Below are positions 1 to 10,050 of a stretch of DNA of 64,000 nucleotides, one piece after another. The DNA lies in assembly GCA_963798485.1 (NCBI GenBank), contig CAWCTR010000030.1, positions 32,001-96,000 on the forward strand, written 5' to 3'. The notes beneath the pieces were generated by a model. It was not told the DNA's origin. It ran no database searches and saw nothing but the letters and a program-made list of their open reading frames with translations. A program made the position numbers and the translations under genes. This DNA is from an uncultured delta proteobacterium. GTDB lineage: Bacteria > Desulfobacterota > Desulfomonilia > UBA1062. Numbering within the stretch: position 1 is the first letter of the stretch; each line of letters starts with the position of its first letter.

Positions 1-333
1 GCCACCAAGAATGTGCGGAGGCTCACCTATGAAGGAAAATACAACTCAGAGCCCGTCTTTTCTCCCCGAGGGGGTCTTGTGGTGTTTTCATCCCTTGCCG
101 CGAATGGAAAATATTATATTGCAACAATCAAAACCGATAGCACAAATTTCCGGGTGCTCCCCGGAACGGGCCTTGGCGATGAATCACCGACCTTTTCCCC
201 TGATGGAAGGCTTATTGCGTTTGCCGGGGCTGACGGTAATATATACATCACCGACCTCCTTGGAACCATAACCGTGCCTATCACTGCGGGAGGAGGGTTT
301 TCCGAGCCTTCATGGTCGCCGCCCATGAAATGA
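1..333 (+). CDS. tolB: TolB beta-propeller protein, C-terminal part (5' end lies outside the window)
   Basis: Frame open from base 1; PD40-like repeats (RRLTYEGKYNSEPVFSP, DESPTFSPDG, SEPSWSP); directly upstream of pal-cpoB. Confidence 0.9.
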   Translation, partial: ATKNVRRLTYEGKYNSEPVFSPRGGLVVFSSLAANGKYYIATIKTDSTNFRVLPGTGLGDESPTFSPDGRLIAFAGADGNIYITDLLGTITVPITAGGGFSEPSWSPPMK

Positions 334-406
334 AAGATATTTGGCTTGACCTGGTCTCATGATTGACTACAGTAAAAATTACTCCACAGTGGAGGGGAGA
401 AAGATT

Positions 407-982
407 ATGAAGATGACAATCCGTTTTATGTATACCCTGATAATGCTCTGTACGGTTTTATTCATCTTGGGGTGTCCGAAACAGGCCTTGGAGCCTGTTA
501 CACCAGAGGTCCAGAAACCCCGGCCCCAAACCCAGACCGAAACGACAAAAGGGCAGCCTGATATCATGAAGATGGAATCGCCGGAGGCTGGCCTTGGGGC
601 CGGAACGACCAAAGGAAAGGCCGCCCTTGAGCAGGCCCGTGTTGCCTTTGAGAACACGGATATCTTTTTTGAGTATGACAGCTTCGATCTCACGATAGAT
701 GCCAAGAAGATCCTTGCAGAAAAGGCCGGATTCCTGAATTCGCACTCAACCATCAAAGTCCGTATCGAAGGCAACTGTGATGAGCGCGGCACAGAGGAAT
801 ATAATCTTGCCCTGGGTGAAAGGCGCGCCAAGGCGGCCCAGGATTATCTTGTATTCCTGGGTATAGCTTCCGAGAGGCTTTCTACGGTAAGCTACGGGGA
901 AGAGAAGCCCGTCGATGGCGGGCATAACGAGGCGGCCTGGGCTAAGAACAGAAGAGATCATTTTGCCGTTCTTGGGGAGTAG
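407..982 (+). CDS. pal: Peptidoglycan-associated lipoprotein Pal
   Basis: Lipobox FILGC; OmpA-like motif IEGNCDERGTEEYNLALGERRA...SYGEEKP...NRR; ATG 407 follows GGAGGGGAG. Confidence 0.95.
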   Translation: MKMTIRFMYTLIMLCTVLFILGCPKQALEPVTPEVQKPRPQTQTETTKGQPDIMKMESPEAGLGAGTTKGKAALEQARVAFENTDIFFEYDSFDLTIDAKKILAEKAGFLNSHSTIKVRIEGNCDERGTEEYNLALGERRAKAAQDYLVFLGIASERLSTVSYGEEKPVDGGHNEAAWAKNRRDHFAVLGE

Positions 983-987
983 AAAAC

Positions 988-1749
988 ATGAGACAGTCTA
1001 TCCTATTTATGTTCATAGCATTGCTGGTCATGTCGGGGTGCGCCACGAGGCAGGATCTCGAACTGCTTAAGGGGCAGGTGGATATGCTTCAGTCACGAAT
1101 GTCCCAGGAGGAGAAGAAGTCGGCGGAAAAGGACAAGCTCCTGGAGAAGACCATGAAGCAGCAGGGTGAGCTGCAGAACAGGTATTCAGAGCTGCAGAAC
1201 CAGCAGTTTACCATGCAGGGATCCGTAGACCAGGTCCTGGCCTCTGCGGGTCTCACCCCAAGCGGGGGGGGGGAGACCAGGATCTCCAAGATCGAGAAGG
1301 ATGTCCAGGCACTCAAGGACCAGCTTCAGAACAAGGAACAGCTCCCGAACAAAGGAGCTGTTACCGCCCAGAAGTCGCTCTATGACAGCGGGTTTGAAAA
1401 ATTCAAGGCAGGTCTTTATAACGATGCGGTTCAGGACTTCAAGGGCTTTCTCGCCCAGAATCCTGACTCAGGCCCGGCCGGAAGTGCCTACTTCTACATG
1501 GGCGAGTCCCTCTATTCCCTGGCCAAGTATGATGATGCAATATTAAGCTATGATACGGTGGTGAAGAAGTTCAAAGACAGTGACAAGGTCCCCGAGGCCC
1601 TCTACAAACAGGGACTGTCATTCCTGAAAATGGGTGATAAGGATACCGGGACCCTTATCTTGCAGCAGCTTATTAAGGACCACCCCAAGACCGATGCTGC
1701 CAAGAAGGCAAAGAAGACATTGAAGGCCCCAGCATCCAAAAAGGGTTAA
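988..1749 (+). CDS. cpoB: Tol-Pal protein CpoB/YbgF (coiled coil + TPR)
   Basis: Lipobox VMSGC, coiled coil, TPR region AYFYMGESLY...KVPEALYKQG; follows pal. Confidence 0.9.
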   Translation: MRQSILFMFIALLVMSGCATRQDLELLKGQVDMLQSRMSQEEKKSAEKDKLLEKTMKQQGELQNRYSELQNQQFTMQGSVDQVLASAGLTPSGGGETRISKIEKDVQALKDQLQNKEQLPNKGAVTAQKSLYDSGFEKFKAGLYNDAVQDFKGFLAQNPDSGPAGSAYFYMGESLYSLAKYDDAILSYDTVVKKFKDSDKVPEALYKQGLSFLKMGDKDTGTLILQQLIKDHPKTDAAKKAKKTLKAPASKKG

Positions 1750-1769
1750 TGCGTTTCCTTAAGGGGGAA

Positions 1770-1794
1770 CACCCTCGCGAGGGTGCGGTTTTTG
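1770..1794 (+). terminator. Probable intrinsic terminator after the tol-pal operon
   Basis: Perfect 16-bp palindrome CACCCTCGCGAGGGTG (1770-1785) followed by CGGTTTTTG. Confidence 0.5.
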
Positions 1795-1842
1795 TGATCA
1801 TGTTTTGCATGCATAACAGCGTGAATGAAGAAAGGGGTTTTA

Positions 1843-4395
1843 ATGAAGATCAGATCATTTAGAGTAATTCCAACACTTCCCGAGATGCTTAATCCCATCC
1901 TGTCGCTGGCGTACAATATCTGGTACTGCTGGAACCACAAGGGCCTGAGGCTCTTCCAGCACATGGACAGGGATCTGTGGGAGGAGACGGGGCACAATCC
2001 TGTGGACATGCTCTCCCGCATCTCACAGGGCCGCATCATGGACCTCATGGAAGATGAGGGATTCCTCTCTCAGATGAGAAAGACCTATGAGGAATTCGAG
2101 GACTATATTGCTGAAAAGGGCGTTTACTCCTTCCTGCTGGCCCAGCCCATCGACTTCACCATAGCATATTTTTCCATGGAATTCGGTCTCACCGAGAGCC
2201 TGCCTATCTACTCGGGCGGTTTAGGGGTGCTGGCCGGCGACCACCTGAAGAGCGCCAGCGACCTGCGGCTGCCGTTGTGCGGGGTGGGGCTCATGTACAA
2301 GCACGGCTACTTCACCCAATACCTGAGCTGGGACGGCTGGCAGCAGGAGGAGTCGCCGGACAATGACTTCTACCATATGGCCCTTATGCTGGAGGCCAAA
2401 GATAGCGGAAAGCCCATCAAGATCTCGGTAAGGCTTGGAGACAGGGAATGCTGGGCCCAGATATGGAAATGCCAGGTGGGAAGGGTGCCTCTGTATTTGC
2501 TGGACACCAATCTGGAAGAGAACCACCCGGATGAGCGGGGCATAACGGGCGGGCTCTATGCGGGCAACCAGGAGGACAGGCTCAGACAGGAAATTCTCCT
2601 GGGCATCGGCGGCATGCGTGCGCTGGATGCCTTGGGGATTGACCCCATGGTCTACCATATGAACGAGGGGCATAGCTTCTTGGTCGGATTGGAGCACATC
2701 CGCAACCTCATGAAGAGAAAAAATATGGATTTCAACACCGCCCGCGAGGTGGTGAGGGCCTCGCTTGTGTTCACGACGCACACCCCGGTCCCCGCAGGAA
2801 ACGACGTCTTTGATATCGGGCTCATGGAAAAATATATCAAGCCCTTTGTGGATGAGGCGGGCATCAAGTGGTCGGATTTCGTCACCCTTGGCAGGAAGAA
2901 CCCCTATGACGACAAAGAGGGCTTCGGCGCAACGGTATTCGCCTTGAAGAACTCAACCTTCCGCAATGGGGTAAGCAAGCTCCATGGAGAGGTTTCCAGG
3001 GATATGTGGAGGGATATCTGGCCGCATGTCAAGATAGTGGATGTACCCATCTCCTCCATCACCAACGGCATCCATATCCCTTCATGGATATCCGACGAGA
3101 TGGCCGAGCTCTTCGACCGGTACCTCGGCCCCAAGTGGAAGGAAGACCCGGATAACCAGAAGGTTTGGGAACGGATCGACGAGATACCCGACGCCGAGCT
3201 GTGGTCTACCCACCAGCGGCGCAGGGAGAGGCTTGTCGCCTTTGCACGTAAAAAACTCATGAAGCAGCTCTCCACCCGCGGCGCCAAACCGAAGGATATC
3301 CAAAGGGCCATGGAGACATTGCATCCGGATGCGCTCACCATCGGATATGCCAGGCGTTTCGCCACCTATAAGCGCGGGCTCCTCATCTTCAGGGATATTG
3401 ACCGCCTCAAGGCGATCCTGGCAAACCGCGAGGTCCCGGTGCAGCTTATCGTTGCAGGCAAGGCACACCCCAGGGACCACGAGGGAAAGACCATCATCCA
3501 GAAGATTATTCATATCGCCAGGGAGGAGCCTTTCAGGGACAAGATCGTGTTCCTGGAGGACTACAACATGAACATCACGCGCTACCTCGTTGAGGGTGTG
3601 GACGTGTGGCTCAACAATCCCAGACGTCCTTTTGAGGCATGCGGCACATCAGGCATGAAGGCCACGGCGAACGGTGCGCTCAACATGAGCGTTCAGGATG
3701 GCTGGTGGGTGGAGGGGTATCACCCTGATCTAGGCTGGTCTATTGGATACGGCGAGGTGTATGACAACTACGACTACCAGGACCAGGTGGAAAGCAAGGC
3801 CATCTACGACCTGATGGAACGTGAGATCATCCCGTTGTTCTATGAACGTGGACTCGACGGGCTGCCCAGGGGCTGGATAGCCATGATGAAGAAGTCAATG
3901 CGTACCCTGTGCCCGGTGTTCAACTCCAACCGCATGGTGGAGGAATACACGGACAGGTGCTACATGGCCGCAGCCTTGAACGTGAAGACATTGATGTCGG
4001 AGAACTTCAAGACCGTGCGCCAGGTGGTCAAGTGGAAGGATTCGCTTACCTCCAGGTGGGGTGATATTGCGGTTCAGGATATCAGCCATGAAGGGGGCGA
4101 TGAGGTGGCGGTGCACAGCGATATCACGATCCGGGCCGAGGTAAAGCTTGGAACCATAAGCCCATCGGATGTCAGCGTGCGGGTCTATTACGGGAACATC
4201 GATGATGCAGGCAACCTCTATGAGGCAAAGGACGTGATGATGGACCACATCAAGGAGCTCGGCAAGGGTCTCCATGTCTTTGAGGCCCGCATCACCTGCG
4301 ATAACACCGGACGATTCGGATATTCCGTGAGGATACTGCCGTCCCACACGAGCCTTACCTACCCGGTGGATATGGGGTTGATCTGCTGGGCGTGA
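1843..4395 (+). CDS. glgP: Alpha-glucan (glycogen/maltodextrin) phosphorylase, GT35
   Basis: YFSMEFG, YSGGLGVLAGDHLKSASD, HMNEGH, ARRFATYKR, EACGTSGMKA (PLP lysine). Confidence 0.95.
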   Translation: MKIRSFRVIPTLPEMLNPILSLAYNIWYCWNHKGLRLFQHMDRDLWEETGHNPVDMLSRISQGRIMDLMEDEGFLSQMRKTYEEFEDYIAEKGVYSFLLAQPIDFTIAYFSMEFGLTESLPIYSGGLGVLAGDHLKSASDLRLPLCGVGLMYKHGYFTQYLSWDGWQQEESPDNDFYHMALMLEAKDSGKPIKISVRLGDRECWAQIWKCQVGRVPLYLLDTNLEENHPDERGITGGLYAGNQEDRLRQEILLGIGGMRALDALGIDPMVYHMNEGHSFLVGLEHIRNLMKRKNMDFNTAREVVRASLVFTTHTPVPAGNDVFDIGLMEKYIKPFVDEAGIKWSDFVTLGRKNPYDDKEGFGATVFALKNSTFRNGVSKLHGEVSRDMWRDIWPHVKIVDVPISSITNGIHIPSWISDEMAELFDRYLGPKWKEDPDNQKVWERIDEIPDAELWSTHQRRRERLVAFARKKLMKQLSTRGAKPKDIQRAMETLHPDALTIGYARRFATYKRGLLIFRDIDRLKAILANREVPVQLIVAGKAHPRDHEGKTIIQKIIHIAREEPFRDKIVFLEDYNMNITRYLVEGVDVWLNNPRRPFEACGTSGMKATANGALNMSVQDGWWVEGYHPDLGWSIGYGEVYDNYDYQDQVESKAIYDLMEREIIPLFYERGLDGLPRGWIAMMKKSMRTLCPVFNSNRMVEEYTDRCYMAAALNVKTLMSENFKTVRQVVKWKDSLTSRWGDIAVQDISHEGGDEVAVHSDITIRAEVKLGTISPSDVSVRVYYGNIDDAGNLYEAKDVMMDHIKELGKGLHVFEARITCDNTGRFGYSVRILPSHTSLTYPVDMGLICWA

Positions 4396-4422
4396 TTGTT
4401 GAGATGGTATGATGGAGGTACC

Positions 4423-5853
4423 GTGAAACTGCCTCATCACAAGACCAAGATCGTATGCACCATCGGTCCTGCCTCAAAGGCCCCTGAGGTCATGGAGCAG
4501 ATGATCAGGGCAGGCATGGACATTGCCCGCCTCAACTTTTCCCATGGCGATTTCGACTCACATTCCCAGGTGATTAAAGACCTGAGGTCGGCGGCCAGGT
4601 CCGTGGGGAAGCGGCTGGCCATCATGGCAGACCTGCCGGGGCCCAAGATGCGTATTGGCGAGTTGGCCCACGAACCGTTCGATTTGAAGCCGGGAGATAC
4701 CTTTACCCTTACGAGCGCTGAGATGACGGGTGATGAGAAAAAGGTATCGGTAAGCTTCAAGAAGCTCCCCCAAACGGTCAAGGCCGGGGATATGCTCTAT
4801 CTGAATGACGGGATCATCCAGCTCGAAGTTATCGAGGTCGTGAACAGCGACGTGATTTGCTCAGTGCTCGTGGGGGGTGAGCTGCGCTCCCGCAAGGGGC
4901 TCAATCTGCCGGGCATTGATCTGGGCATCAGCGCATTCACCGACAGGGACCATGCGTGTCTGAAATTTGCAGCCGATCATGGCCTGGACGCGGTTTGTCA
5001 ATCCTTCGTGGTCTCAGGTGAAGATATCCTCTCAGTGAAAAAGGCTGCCACGGATCTTGGTTATTATCCATTTATCATTGCCAAGATCGAGAGGTCTGCA
5101 GCCCTGACCCATATCGAAGACATCCTGGCGGTCACGGACGGCGTCATGATTGCAAGGGGAGACCTGGGTGTGGAGATCCCTATCGAGCGGATAGCCATGG
5201 TCCAGAAGGAGCTCATGGCAAAGGCCATCATCCATGGAAAGCCGGTGATCACCGCAACCCAGATGCTCGAATCCATGACGGAAAACCGTAGGCCCACACG
5301 GGCCGAGGTGACGGACGTTTCAAATGCCATCCTGGACGGAACGGACTGCGTCATGCTCTCCGGTGAATCCGCAATGGGCAGGTATCCCGTGGAGGCTGCG
5401 GCAATGCTTGCCAGGATCGCTGAAGCCACAGAGCCGTACGGCCCGGGATATCGCCTGAGGGAAAGGCTCAAGGAGATTACGGAAACTCAGACGGGCAGGG
5501 TAAGCGACATGGTCGTGTTCAGTATTGAGGCGACCTTTAAGCAAATATCACCGGCAGCGGTGTTTGTGCCCACCCAGAGCGGGGCTACGGCAAGGAGTAT
5601 TGCCCGGTTCAGGCTCCCGGTGTGGATCGTCGCCCTGAGCCGCTCAGATATCACATGCCAGCAACTCCAGTTCTCGTCGGGCGTCCTTCCCACCCATGAA
5701 CCCGACCCGCCACATGACTGGAAAGAATATGTGAGGTCTTGGCTCCATGAGCATGAGGTGAAAGGCGACCTCGCCATCCTCGCCCAGGGGCCTTCCCGGA
5801 GCAACCCATCTGCGAACCATTGTATGGAGATCATTGACCTCAGGTCGGAATAG
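4423..5853 (+). CDS. pyk: Pyruvate kinase
   Basis: KTKIVCTIGPAS, ARLNFSHG, IAKIE, MIARGDLGVE, ATQMLESM, DCVMLSGE; GTG start after GGAGGT. Confidence 0.96.
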   Translation: MKLPHHKTKIVCTIGPASKAPEVMEQMIRAGMDIARLNFSHGDFDSHSQVIKDLRSAARSVGKRLAIMADLPGPKMRIGELAHEPFDLKPGDTFTLTSAEMTGDEKKVSVSFKKLPQTVKAGDMLYLNDGIIQLEVIEVVNSDVICSVLVGGELRSRKGLNLPGIDLGISAFTDRDHACLKFAADHGLDAVCQSFVVSGEDILSVKKAATDLGYYPFIIAKIERSAALTHIEDILAVTDGVMIARGDLGVEIPIERIAMVQKELMAKAIIHGKPVITATQMLESMTENRRPTRAEVTDVSNAILDGTDCVMLSGESAMGRYPVEAAAMLARIAEATEPYGPGYRLRERLKEITETQTGRVSDMVVFSIEATFKQISPAAVFVPTQSGATARSIARFRLPVWIVALSRSDITCQQLQFSSGVLPTHEPDPPHDWKEYVRSWLHEHEVKGDLAILAQGPSRSNPSANHCMEIIDLRSE

Positions 5854-5944
5854 GCAGACCGTGCTTGAACCCAATATCTTGGCATCAGCAGGTGGTCCAA
5901 GGGGTGGACAAGACACCCGTGAACAAGGTAGAATACCTAAGCAT

Positions 5945-6026
<82 letters not shown>

Positions 6027-6036
6027 CTACTTTGTT

Positions 6037-6224
6037 GTTACTTTCTTTTGGTGCAAAAAGAAAGTAACCAAAGAAAAGGCACCCCGTGAACCCGCCCTAA
6101 AGGGTTCGTTCGCTCGTTCGAAAAATCCGGGCCGCGGCTGAACTCGCTCCGTTTCACTCCGCTCAGACAGACGCCGCTGTTCCCCCGGATTTTCCTTCTC
6201 TCCCTCACCGGGTTCAGAGGGGGA
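6037..6224. repeat. Nested palindromic non-coding repeat (REP/MITE-like) immediately after the tRNA
   Basis: Hairpin GTTACTTTCTTTT/AAAAGAAAGTAAC (6037-6068); long-range stems CCCCGTGAACCCG/CGGGTTCAGAGGGG and AAAATCCGGG/CCCGGATTTT. Confidence 0.65.
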
Positions 6225-6501
6225 TATAAAAAAGCAAAAACAAAAACAATGCCTATTCCTCCCTTAAAAAGACGAGAGAAATAGGGGACGGGTTCATAGT
6301 TCATTCATCGAATATGGAGAGGTAGTTGCCCTCGTTGGTGCTGTAGATACATCTTGATATCGACGTGTGGAAAATTGGGACACATTATTACCCTGTAAGG
6401 ATGAAAAATAGAAACGTCCCCCGTTTCGCTTCACGAATATTGATATCCTTTTATTGGGAAGTGCTTCATTTCCTTTTCAGTGATGAATCTGAATTATCAT
6501 A

Positions 6502-6683
6502 ACTGGGGTATCCACTTCGTTGGCGTACCTACTATATATAGTGCTCGCTATTTTTTGCTCACATCTGTGAAGTTACTGCGCATGCTTACGTTTTCAATCG
6601 AGGTTGAGACTAGTGCCGATGAAAGCCACCATTGAGACTGGTACTACATATGGCACCTAGGCCAGTCAAGTGGATACCCCAGT
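6502..6683. mobile_element. MITE (182 bp) with 16-bp terminal inverted repeats and 8-bp target site duplication
   Basis: ACTGGGGTATCCACTT (6502-6517) / AAGTGGATACCCCAGT (6668-6683); TTATCATA at both 6494-6501 and 6684-6691. Confidence 0.8.
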
Positions 6684-6741
6684 TTATCATATTTAAATTT
6701 GCAATGAGGTACTAGTTCATTCTCACCTTACAATTAATTTG

Positions 6742-9660
6742 TTACACCATTTCGATCTCATCATCTGTCAATTCATACAAAGAATAGACTAATCTGTCGA
6801 TATGGCTGTCCATCGCATCTATTTGGCGTTCGATTGCAGCTCTGTCTTCAGGTATAGAAACTTTAACAAGTCTTAATTGCATCTCCATCCTGTTATCCAC
6901 AAGAGAAGCTAAGCGAATCTCATCATTATCTGTAAAATTATGGGGGTAAGGGAACTCTCTAACGTTCTTAATAACGATTTTAGGGAAAATTTTTCTTGCT
7001 CCCTTTACTGCACGATCCTTATAGTAAAGGCTGATCATGCTGCTATTGAGCATAGCACATAAACACTTGAGCTTCGTTTTATCGTTATTCTGATGGAGGA
7101 TATTGAGAATGCTCTTATTGTTAAGATAAATACCCTCAACATACATTGCATGAAGGCAATAAGGAAGCCGACCGGTGATTTCCCGAACCAACACTCGTGG
7201 ACGACTAAATATTTCCAAATTTCGCTGTTGGGCAAGCCAAGGTCCATGTCGCATCCAAGCCCCTGACCAATTGATAAAGTAGCGAGAAACGTCCATCCCC
7301 TGCAAGTAGCGATAGGTGTCAGCATCGACCTTCTTATTAAAATCATAAACGTGATTTTTAACATCCTCAGCGCTTTGTGGAGGTGAGCCTTTACCTTTCT
7401 CATAAGCTTGAAGCCCTGTCCTAACATCAAATACGTTTCCAAGACGCTTCGAGTTCAAAACAATTCTATCTATCAATGAAGACACACTACGTGTTGATGA
7501 GAATACAATTCTATAGTCAGGAGCTGTCCACTTGCTACGGTCAATTGGCAAGTACTCATGATCAATGAATTTGGGAACGTTTTGAATACGACACACTTTA
7601 ACAGGCACTCTTCCAGTGAATGGACCCAAAACAAAGATCGATGGCTCCATAGAGACATGATCGAATGCTGGGTAGTTTAAATCGAGAATTTTGGCTAACC
7701 TAGGGATTATAAGAGGCCGGAGGAGTTTAGCACTTTCAATTGTCAACCACGAATTTGGTACTATATAGCTAGCAAAACCTTCATTCCTTATAAGAAATAA
7801 CATTCTTTCCATAAACAGCATGTAAGTATTGTGCTTCTCCCAAGATGCTTTATATCGTTCAGCAAAATAATTCCTCTCATCATCTGTCAACTTCTCTCGG
7901 GTGAAAATGTAAGGCGGATTTCCTATTACAACATCAAATCCACCAGCCGTCATGATTTCACCAAAACCATGTTTTTTATCATTCCAGTCGAAGACGTTGA
8001 CACGGTACATTTCTTCATCATCAAAAAGGTTACCTTGGCGACCACGATAGAAGTCGGGGCTAATAAGACTGTTGCCACATTTGATGTTGTCAGCAAGGTC
8101 CGGTAGAGCGCGTTTATGAAAGAGCATGAGTTGCTTTTGGATTGATTCATCACTCTCTCCTTCGAGTACTTTAAGAAGGAGGGATAGTTTGGTTACCTCA
8201 ACAGCCTGTGAGTCAATATCTAAACCATATATGTGAATAAGGAGAATTCGCTTGCGCTCTGCAGTTGTCAGCCGCCATCCTCCTCGGAAATGTTGATAAA
8301 GCTTCGGTTCTTTACCCTTTGTCCATTTTTCAGGATTCATAATGTATCGTTCAAGATACCAATCTAAAAGAAACTGATAAGCACCAAGCAGGAATGAGCC
8401 GGATCCGCAGGCTGGGTCAAGAACTGTTAACGCCTGTCGCTTCTTCGATAATTGCCATTTGTCAGTTACACCTGAGATCTCCTGTGGTGACTTGCCTTCG
8501 AGTAGTTTGCCAACAGTATTCTTGACTATATAATCCACGATATAAGCAGGTGTGTAATAGACACCACCTGCCTTACGTACTTCTGGCTTCTGTTCAATTT
8601 TGGCGTGACCGCCTTCTGTCAAACGAATAACACTACCAAGAAAGCGTTCATAAACTTGACCAAGGATTTCTGCAGGTAGAACAGAGAATTCATAGGGGCA
8701 CTCAGGGTAGTAGAGTCGCTTGAAGATGTCTTTCAGCACTTTGTCATCAATGATCAAGTGTGGTGTCAGCTTATCAGGGGGCTCATGGCGGCCTTTTTCA
8801 TCTTGGAAGTGGAAAAGACCAGAATTATAACGCTCGTCAGCCCTGATAAAAAGTTCTCGAAGGCGATCATAGACATCTTCACCATTCAGTAGAGCCTGAA
8901 GGCAGCCATATTGCTCTACACCGCGATCTTCGCAAATACGAAGAAATATAATTCGGTCGATAGAGCGTTGAACGGCGAAATTTAGTTCACGCTGTGTGAG
9001 TCCAGGATTGCGCAATGCAATATTGCGGGCCAAATGCTCCCGCCAGTCTTCTATCTCAGTCAAGAATGCATCATCAACTTCTGCAGTGCCACGTTTGTGG
9101 GTTGTTGATTGTATATATTTGTCGAAAGCTCCCTTGCGGATGGCCTCAGGCGAAAATATCGCGGCTATTTCATGCCAGCGTTCATTGTATTCATCATAGC
9201 GAATATAAAGAATTCTACCATTTGAAGATTTATCAGTAATGACAGGACGAATATGTGTGTCATATACAACGAACTCGTCGAAGTCAGTGAGGATTGAAAC
9301 AGGAAGTTTAGCAGTCAAGGCATATCTTCGTAGTTGGAAAGCTGGCGCAGGATCGTCCTTGAGATTTAAAGACGGTTTCTTTGCTTCAAGAAAGAAGATA
9401 CGCTTCCCGCCTAGCCTGAAGGAATAATCGGGGGCCTTAGTAAACCCCCCAACTTTTATCGCATCTTCATGAATTACTTCTTTCCACTGTTCAGAGTATC
9501 CTTTTTCATTGTTAATATCCCACCCTAGCGCCTTGAACATCGGATCTATAAACTCTCGTCTCACCTGTGTTTCATTGTAAGCAGGAGCTCTATATAAGTC
9601 GAGGTGAGTGGTAAACCGATCAACAAGATCAATAATGATTTGCGGCGCTGCTATTTGCAC
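6742..9660 (-). CDS. Type IIG restriction-modification enzyme (nuclease + N6-adenine methyltransferase + TaqI/Eco57I-like target recognition domain)
   Basis: N-terminal PD-(D/E)xK (APDY...LEAKK); GVYYTP; motif I DPACGSGSFL; motif IV IGNPPY; typical C-terminus IDRLVYSLYELTDDEI; AT-rich; GTG start after GAGGAG. Confidence 0.9.
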   Translation of the reverse strand: MQIAAPQIIIDLVDRFTTHLDLYRAPAYNETQVRREFIDPMFKALGWDINNEKGYSEQWKEVIHEDAIKVGGFTKAPDYSFRLGGKRIFFLEAKKPSLNLKDDPAPAFQLRRYALTAKLPVSILTDFDEFVVYDTHIRPVITDKSSNGRILYIRYDEYNERWHEIAAIFSPEAIRKGAFDKYIQSTTHKRGTAEVDDAFLTEIEDWREHLARNIALRNPGLTQRELNFAVQRSIDRIIFLRICEDRGVEQYGCLQALLNGEDVYDRLRELFIRADERYNSGLFHFQDEKGRHEPPDKLTPHLIIDDKVLKDIFKRLYYPECPYEFSVLPAEILGQVYERFLGSVIRLTEGGHAKIEQKPEVRKAGGVYYTPAYIVDYIVKNTVGKLLEGKSPQEISGVTDKWQLSKKRQALTVLDPACGSGSFLLGAYQFLLDWYLERYIMNPEKWTKGKEPKLYQHFRGGWRLTTAERKRILLIHIYGLDIDSQAVEVTKLSLLLKVLEGESDESIQKQLMLFHKRALPDLADNIKCGNSLISPDFYRGRQGNLFDDEEMYRVNVFDWNDKKHGFGEIMTAGGFDVVIGNPPYIFTREKLTDDERNYFAERYKASWEKHNTYMLFMERMLFLIRNEGFASYIVPNSWLTIESAKLLRPLIIPRLAKILDLNYPAFDHVSMEPSIFVLGPFTGRVPVKVCRIQNVPKFIDHEYLPIDRSKWTAPDYRIVFSSTRSVSSLIDRIVLNSKRLGNVFDVRTGLQAYEKGKGSPPQSAEDVKNHVYDFNKKVDADTYRYLQGMDVSRYFINWSGAWMRHGPWLAQQRNLEIFSRPRVLVREITGRLPYCLHAMYVEGIYLNNKSILNILHQNNDKTKLKCLCAMLNSSMISLYYKDRAVKGARKIFPKIVIKNVREFPYPHNFTDNDEIRLASLVDNRMEMQLRLVKVSIPEDRAAIERQIDAMDSHIDRLVYSLYELTDDEIEMV

Positions 9661-9788
9661 TATGCTCCTCCAAAATCTGAAGATTATAAAAATAGACTAA
9701 TAATTCCTATTAGATAATCAGACCAATATAATCCAACATCATTTATCTGTATAGTTATTTAATGTAATTAAGAGTGAGAAATCGCGGC

Positions 9789-10046
9789 GAACAATTCCGG
9801 AACAATTCCGGGGACACGATACTTAATTCCGAGAACAGTAATTGGGGACGTTCACATTATACCCCTGTAAGGGGGAATTCCAGGGGAATTCCAGGGACAC
9901 AATACTTAATTCCGGAAAGAAAAACGTGTCAGGAAAGAAAAACGAAAAACGTGTCAGGTCTTGAAACTTGAATTAATTGTCAAGATTCAAGATGAAAAAA
10001 GAAAAATATATGCCCCCTTTTTGTTCAAGAATTGACCCCCTTTTTG
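9789..10046. repeat. Cluster of short direct and inverted repeats (GGGACAC / GTGTCAGG motifs)
   Basis: AATTCC(G/A)GGGACAC(G/A)ATACTTAATTCCG at 9804-9831 and 9887-9914; AAAAACGTGTCAGG twice (9920-9933, 9945-9958); inverted pair GTGTCAGGTCTTGAA/TTCAAGAATTGACCCC. Confidence 0.75.
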
Positions 10047-10050
10047 CACA

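Noticed and set aside
6038-6304. 88-aa minus-strand ORF
   Set aside because: It is a translation of the palindromic repeat after the tRNA and has no protein-family features.
9789-9960. Possible CRISPR array
   Set aside because: Only two copies of each repeat type, irregular spacing, and no cas genes in the window.
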